Origin: the human T2T-CHM13v2.0 reference genome, Homo sapiens | Assembly (NCBI RefSeq): GCF_009914755.1 | Contig: NC_060930.1 | Length of the DNA stretch: 64,000 bases | Direction: 5' to 3' (one strand) | Shown: one piece after another, positions 59,860 through 64,000 of the stretch | Layout: each line of letters begins with the position of its first letter | Numbering within the stretch: position 1 is the stretch's first letter | The notes under the pieces: model-generated | What the model was told of the DNA's origin: nothing | Databases searched by the model: none | Seen by the model: only the letters and a program-made list of their open reading frames with translations | Made by a program: the position numbers and the translations under genes

Positions 59860-60145
59860 GCCCAGGAGCAGTGGTCACACCTATAATCCTAACACTTTGG
59901 GAGGCCAAGGCAGGTGGATCATTTGAGGTCAGGAGTTCGAAACCAGTCTGGCCAACATGGTGACACCCCATCTCTACTGAAAGTACAAAAAAAAAAAAAT
60001 TAGCCGGATGTGATGGCAGGGGCCTGTTGTCCCAGCTACTTGGATCACTTGAACCCAGGAGGCAGAGGTTGCAGTAAGCTGAGATTGCGCCACTGCACTC
60101 CAGCTTGGGCAACACAGCAAGACTCTGCCTCAAAAAAAAAAAAAA
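59860..60145 (+). mobile_element. AluS with small right-arm deletion
   Basis: TSD AGAATTACATGAAGT / AGAATTGTATGAAGT. Confidence 0.93.
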
Positions 60146-60448
60146 AGAATTGTATGAAGTAATGATCTTAAACTGATGACTATGTTAAAAACAAAAGCAG
60201 TAATATAAGATATGTGTCCCCTTTAACAAAAGAAATCTTAACTGAAGATTGAAGATTAGAGATTTTAATTCATATGCACACACAAAAATGTGTCATATAA
60301 GTAAAAGTTCAATTTTATTTATCTTTTTATGAAAATGCTGTAATATCCACAAGGAGGAATACTGTACACAGTCATTAAAAATCACACTACAGAGATTTTT
60401 TAGTCAATTCAGAAAACAAATTTTAATGGTAGCTAAAAAAATTAACAA

Positions 60449-60564
60449 GCCTATAATCCCAACACTTTGGGGAGGCTGAGGAAGGAAGATCACTTAAGCC
60501 AAGGAGTTTCAGACCAGCCTGGGCAACACAGTGAGACCCCGGCTCTGCCAAAAAAAAAAAAAAA
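60449..60564 (+). mobile_element. FLAM or Alu left monomer, 5' truncated
   Basis: GCCTATAATCCCAACACTTTGG...GCCTGGGCAACACAGTGAGACCCC and A-tail. Confidence 0.85.
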
Positions 60565-61169
60565 TTAATTAATTAACAGTATCATGTACATATATATACA
60601 TCTCAAATACATACAAAAATAGACTGATTTAAAATTTTTATCTATAGGAAAAATGTTTTTATGTTCTTTTTATTGTCCAACATTTTGTCATTTTTCTTAG
60701 TGGTAAGTATATAACATGACTTTTATATGCGTATTATATATGTGAATATATATATATATGTGTGCACACACACACACAACAAAACATATCAATGGGAAAT
60801 TCTGGCATAAGTGGCCCTTTAATTAATAGCAGGCACTGAAAATGAAACTGAGCCCCAATTATCTTTTCTTACACTGAAACTATGTCAAGAATAACATCTC
60901 TCAAATGTAAAAAGGGACAACCAAAAGCTTAATACTGTATACTTCTATTAGACTGCCCAATAGTTAATCACAACTGAATTTTATTATTTTCTTTCTATGC
61001 AAGTCTTATAAAACCAAAGATAGAACAAATCTTTTAAATCCGATTTCAGTTTGAATCGTACATCACAAGTAAAGGCATCTATACAGTGCTTTGTAATACG
61101 CCAAAAGTTTTCTCTCACAAGTTGATTCTCACAATAATGTTAAGAGGAGAGTTAGTTCAATTTGAAAGA

Positions 61170-61580
61170 AGAGTATCCACAGCCACTAGAATGACCCTCA
61201 AAATAAAATTGGAAAATAACAAGCATTGGTGAGCATGTGGAGAATCAAAATACTAATACTTCAAAATTGCTGGTAGAAATATAAAACTACATGGCCCTTT
61301 TGGAAAACAGCTGGCAAGTACTTCAGTGAGTTAAATTACCATATGATGAGATAATTCTACTCCTTGGTGTTACCAGTGGCTGCTTAGGGGCTGGAAGATA
61401 GGAAGCGACGGCTTAATGGGTTTGGAGTTATCCTATGGGTTGATGAAAAAGTTCTGAAAAGAGATAGTGGTGACAGTTGCACAACATTGGGAATATATTT
61501 AATGCCACTGAATTGTATACTTTAAAATGGTGAAAACTGTACATTTTAAATTATGTATACCTGATCGCAGATTTTTTAAA
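61170..61580 (+). mobile_element. L1M 3' fragments with internal deletion
   Basis: GAAAATAACAAGCATTGGTGAGCATGTGGAGAA...GTTGCACAACATTG...AATGCCACTGAATTGTATACTTTAAAATGG. Confidence 0.75.
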
Positions 61581-61599
61581 GGGCTGGGGAAAGTGGGGG

Positions 61600-62037
61600 T
61601 GGGTGTTAGGTCAAGTCCCTGAGAGGCAAAACCTAAGACAAGAACTCTGTGCACATGATTGAGGAACTGCTCTTAGTAAAAAATTTAAAGAAGTGAATGA
61701 GGCAACAAAACTGTGGGTTCAGCTAAAGACTAGCCTCAACCTGATCTCAGAGTGAGCTCTGGAGTCTAACTGGCACCAGGGAGATGTCACATATTGAGAC
61801 AAAGACAAGGCCTTATACCCTTATATCAACCAGTCATTGACTACAAGTCACCTACCTACCCCCTGGGAAAGTGGGAAGCTTAAGATCTCTGGGGTTTCTG
61901 GGCAGGCAGGTCCTGGCAATTCTGTGGCACTAGTGAGAACTGAGAGCTGTAAGTCACCAACACTATGGGTGAGGGATAGGTAAATAAACCATCCAGATAA
62001 AAAGGGACTGGATGGGGTACTAACAGCATCTACTGCA
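61600..62037 (-). mobile_element. Old ERVL LTR (LTR33/LTR16-like)
   Basis: GTGTTAGGTCAAGTCCCTGAGAGGCAAAACC...CAGTCATTG...GGGTACTAACAGCATCTACTGCA. Confidence 0.45.
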
Positions 62038-62704
62038 ACGAGAAAAAGGAAGCTTACAAAAACTGAGTGACTTATCTGGAAACACAGAGCAGGTACAATT
62101 GGAACTTGAAACTTATTCTCTTTACCTTATAACTCATGCTCTTTTCCATTCCAGCTTTATATAATTTCAACCTATTAAAACATAATGGGAAGTTCTCTTT
62201 TTTCTATTCATTAGCCCTTTAAGTTTTTCCCCTTATTCTTTTTAGTTTAGGGTTTTTCTCTTATTGTTTTGGGTCTTTTTGGTGCAGGCAGGGGTTGAGG
62301 ATAATTGCTTCATCTCTGCTTGAAATGACCTTTGCCATCAGTTCTCCCTCCTGGCAATCTCCTAGTTAATGTTACATCACCTTACAGAAGTGGTTCTTCT
62401 AATTTATGTCCCTAAAAATCCTGTTTATAGCTATGATTTGTATTATTTCATATGTATCATGTGTGCAAGACTGTTTACTCTTAACATTGTCAAATACTTG
62501 AAAGCAAGGATCATTTTAGTTTATCAATCTTTATATTATCGGTATGTGGCACCTAATGGGAATTTGAAAATAGTTTGTTGAATTAAGCTGTACTTTGTTT
62601 TAATATAACTAGAAAAGAGCCAAAGGTACAGTATTTTTTTAACTTTGTATCTTTCAGTGTCCTTTAGCAAGTGGATTTGATTTGTTAAAGTTTATGGCAA
62701 GTCA

Positions 62705-62902
62705 CTGTTTTAGACTAGCCTCCCACACTAAACTTTAGCAGACAAAACCAAACCAAAATGGAATCACTCCTGTTAAGTGCCAAGTAAATGAACTGAATTT
62801 TGAGATGGGCCAGTTTTCCACAGCAACCAATGAGGCCCAGTTTACCTGGAGCCAGCATGATAAGGAAGTCCCCTCTGCTTCAATTGTATGAGGGAAGTAA
62901 CT
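62705..62902 (+). mobile_element. ERV1-type LTR fragment (MER90/MER110-like), cut by the L1PB insertion
   Basis: AAACCAAAATGGAATCACTC...CAGCAACCAAT...GATAAGGAAGTCCCCTCTG. Confidence 0.4.
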
Positions 62903-63316
62903 TTTTAAATAAATTTATTTCCATAGGCTTTGCGGGGGAAAGGTGGTATTTGGTCACATGAGTAAGTTTTTTAGTGGTGATTTGTGAGATTATGATGCTC
63001 CCATCATGCAAGCAGTATACACTGAACCCAATTTGTAGTCTTTTATCCCTCACCCCCTTCCCACCCTTTTCCCCAAGTCCCCAAAGTCCATTACATAATT
63101 CTTATGCCTTTGCATCCTCATAGCTTAGCTCCCCCTTATGAGTGAGAATATACAATGTTTGGTTTTCCATTCCTGAGTTACTTCATTTAGAATAATAGTC
63201 TCCAGTTCCATCCAGGTGCTGTGAATGCCATTAGTTCCTTTTTATGGCTGAGTAGTATTCCATATATACATATATATATATATATGGAATATATAATATA
63301 TAATGAAGTATCTCAG

Positions 63317-63357
<41 letters not shown>

Positions 63358-63715
63358 TGCCACAATTTATTTATCTACTTATTGATTGATGGGCATTTGG
63401 GCTGGTTCCATATTTTTGCAATTGCAAATTGTACTGCTGTAAACATGTGTGTGCAACTATCTTTTCTGTATAGCAACTTCTTTTCCTCTGGGTAGATACC
63501 CAGGATTGGGATTGTTGGATCAAATAGTAGTTCCATTTTTAGTTCTTTAAGGAATCTCCACACTGTTTTCCAAAGTGGTTGTACTAGTTTACATTCCCAA
63601 CAGCAGTATATAAGTGTTGCCTTTTCACCACATCCATGGCACCATCTATTAATTTTTTATTTTTTGATTATGGCCATTCTCGCAGGAGTATAGTGGTATT
63701 GCATTGGGTTTTGGT
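62903..63715 (-). mobile_element. L1PB 3' end (non-inverted part), containing a (TA)n tract
   Basis: TTTATTTCCATAGG...TTTAGTGGTGATTTGTGAGATT, antisense of the L1PB 3' UTR. Confidence 0.92.
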
Positions 63716-64000
63716 TTAAATAGGCACAGGACCAATGGAACAGAAGAGAGAAGCCAGAAATAAACCCAAATACTTACAGTCAACTGATCTTCAACAAACG
63801 AAACATAAAGCGGGGAAAGGATACCCTATTGAACAAATGGTGTTGGGATAACTGGCAAGCCACATAAAGGAGAGTGAAACTGGATCCTTATCTCTCACCT
63901 TATACAAAAATCAACTCAAGATGGATCAAGGACTTAAATATAAAACCTGAAACTATAAAAATACTCAAAGATAACATCAGAAAAACCCTTCTAGACCCTG
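63716..64000 (+). mobile_element. L1PB ORF2 segment in the opposite orientation (probable 5' inversion); runs off the window
   Basis: AAATAGGCACAGGACCAATGGAACAG...AAATGGTGTTGGGATAACTGG sense ORF2 text abutting the antisense piece. Confidence 0.88.

Overview
Primate (most likely ape/human) nuclear DNA, AT-rich and dominated by transposable elements. No intact cellular protein-coding gene, RNA gene, CRISPR array or prokaryotic system can be supported. Main elements: the 3' half of a HERV-K(HML-3/HERVK9) provirus with its MER9 LTR (1-2539); a full-length but disrupted L1PA4-like LINE-1 (41934-48100); a near full-length L1PB1 (51655-57890); a complete THE1 MaLR element nested in a full-length Hsmar2 mariner; a MER75 piggyBac MITE; about 15 Alus; and many older L1M, MIR, L2, MaLR and Tigger fragments. 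Long retroelements lie mostly on the + strand and the + strand looks A-rich, which suggests a large intron of an unidentified minus-strand gene. The leads most worth checking are: (i) a 154-codon extended L1 ORF0 with intact splice donors, pointing the same way as the inferred host gene; (ii) a repeat-free island at about 19.3-21.8 kb with a candidate minus-strand terminal exon overlapping a dense TF-motif cluster; (iii) three consensus minus-strand 5' splice sites at 48.7-49.1 kb; (iv) a 166-bp templated copy of nearby flanking DNA embedded in an L1 fragment; (v) a 71-bp internally deleted Alu with a perfect 16-bp TSD. Subfamily names come from remembered consensus sequences, not from a database search, and boundaries of old elements are approximate.
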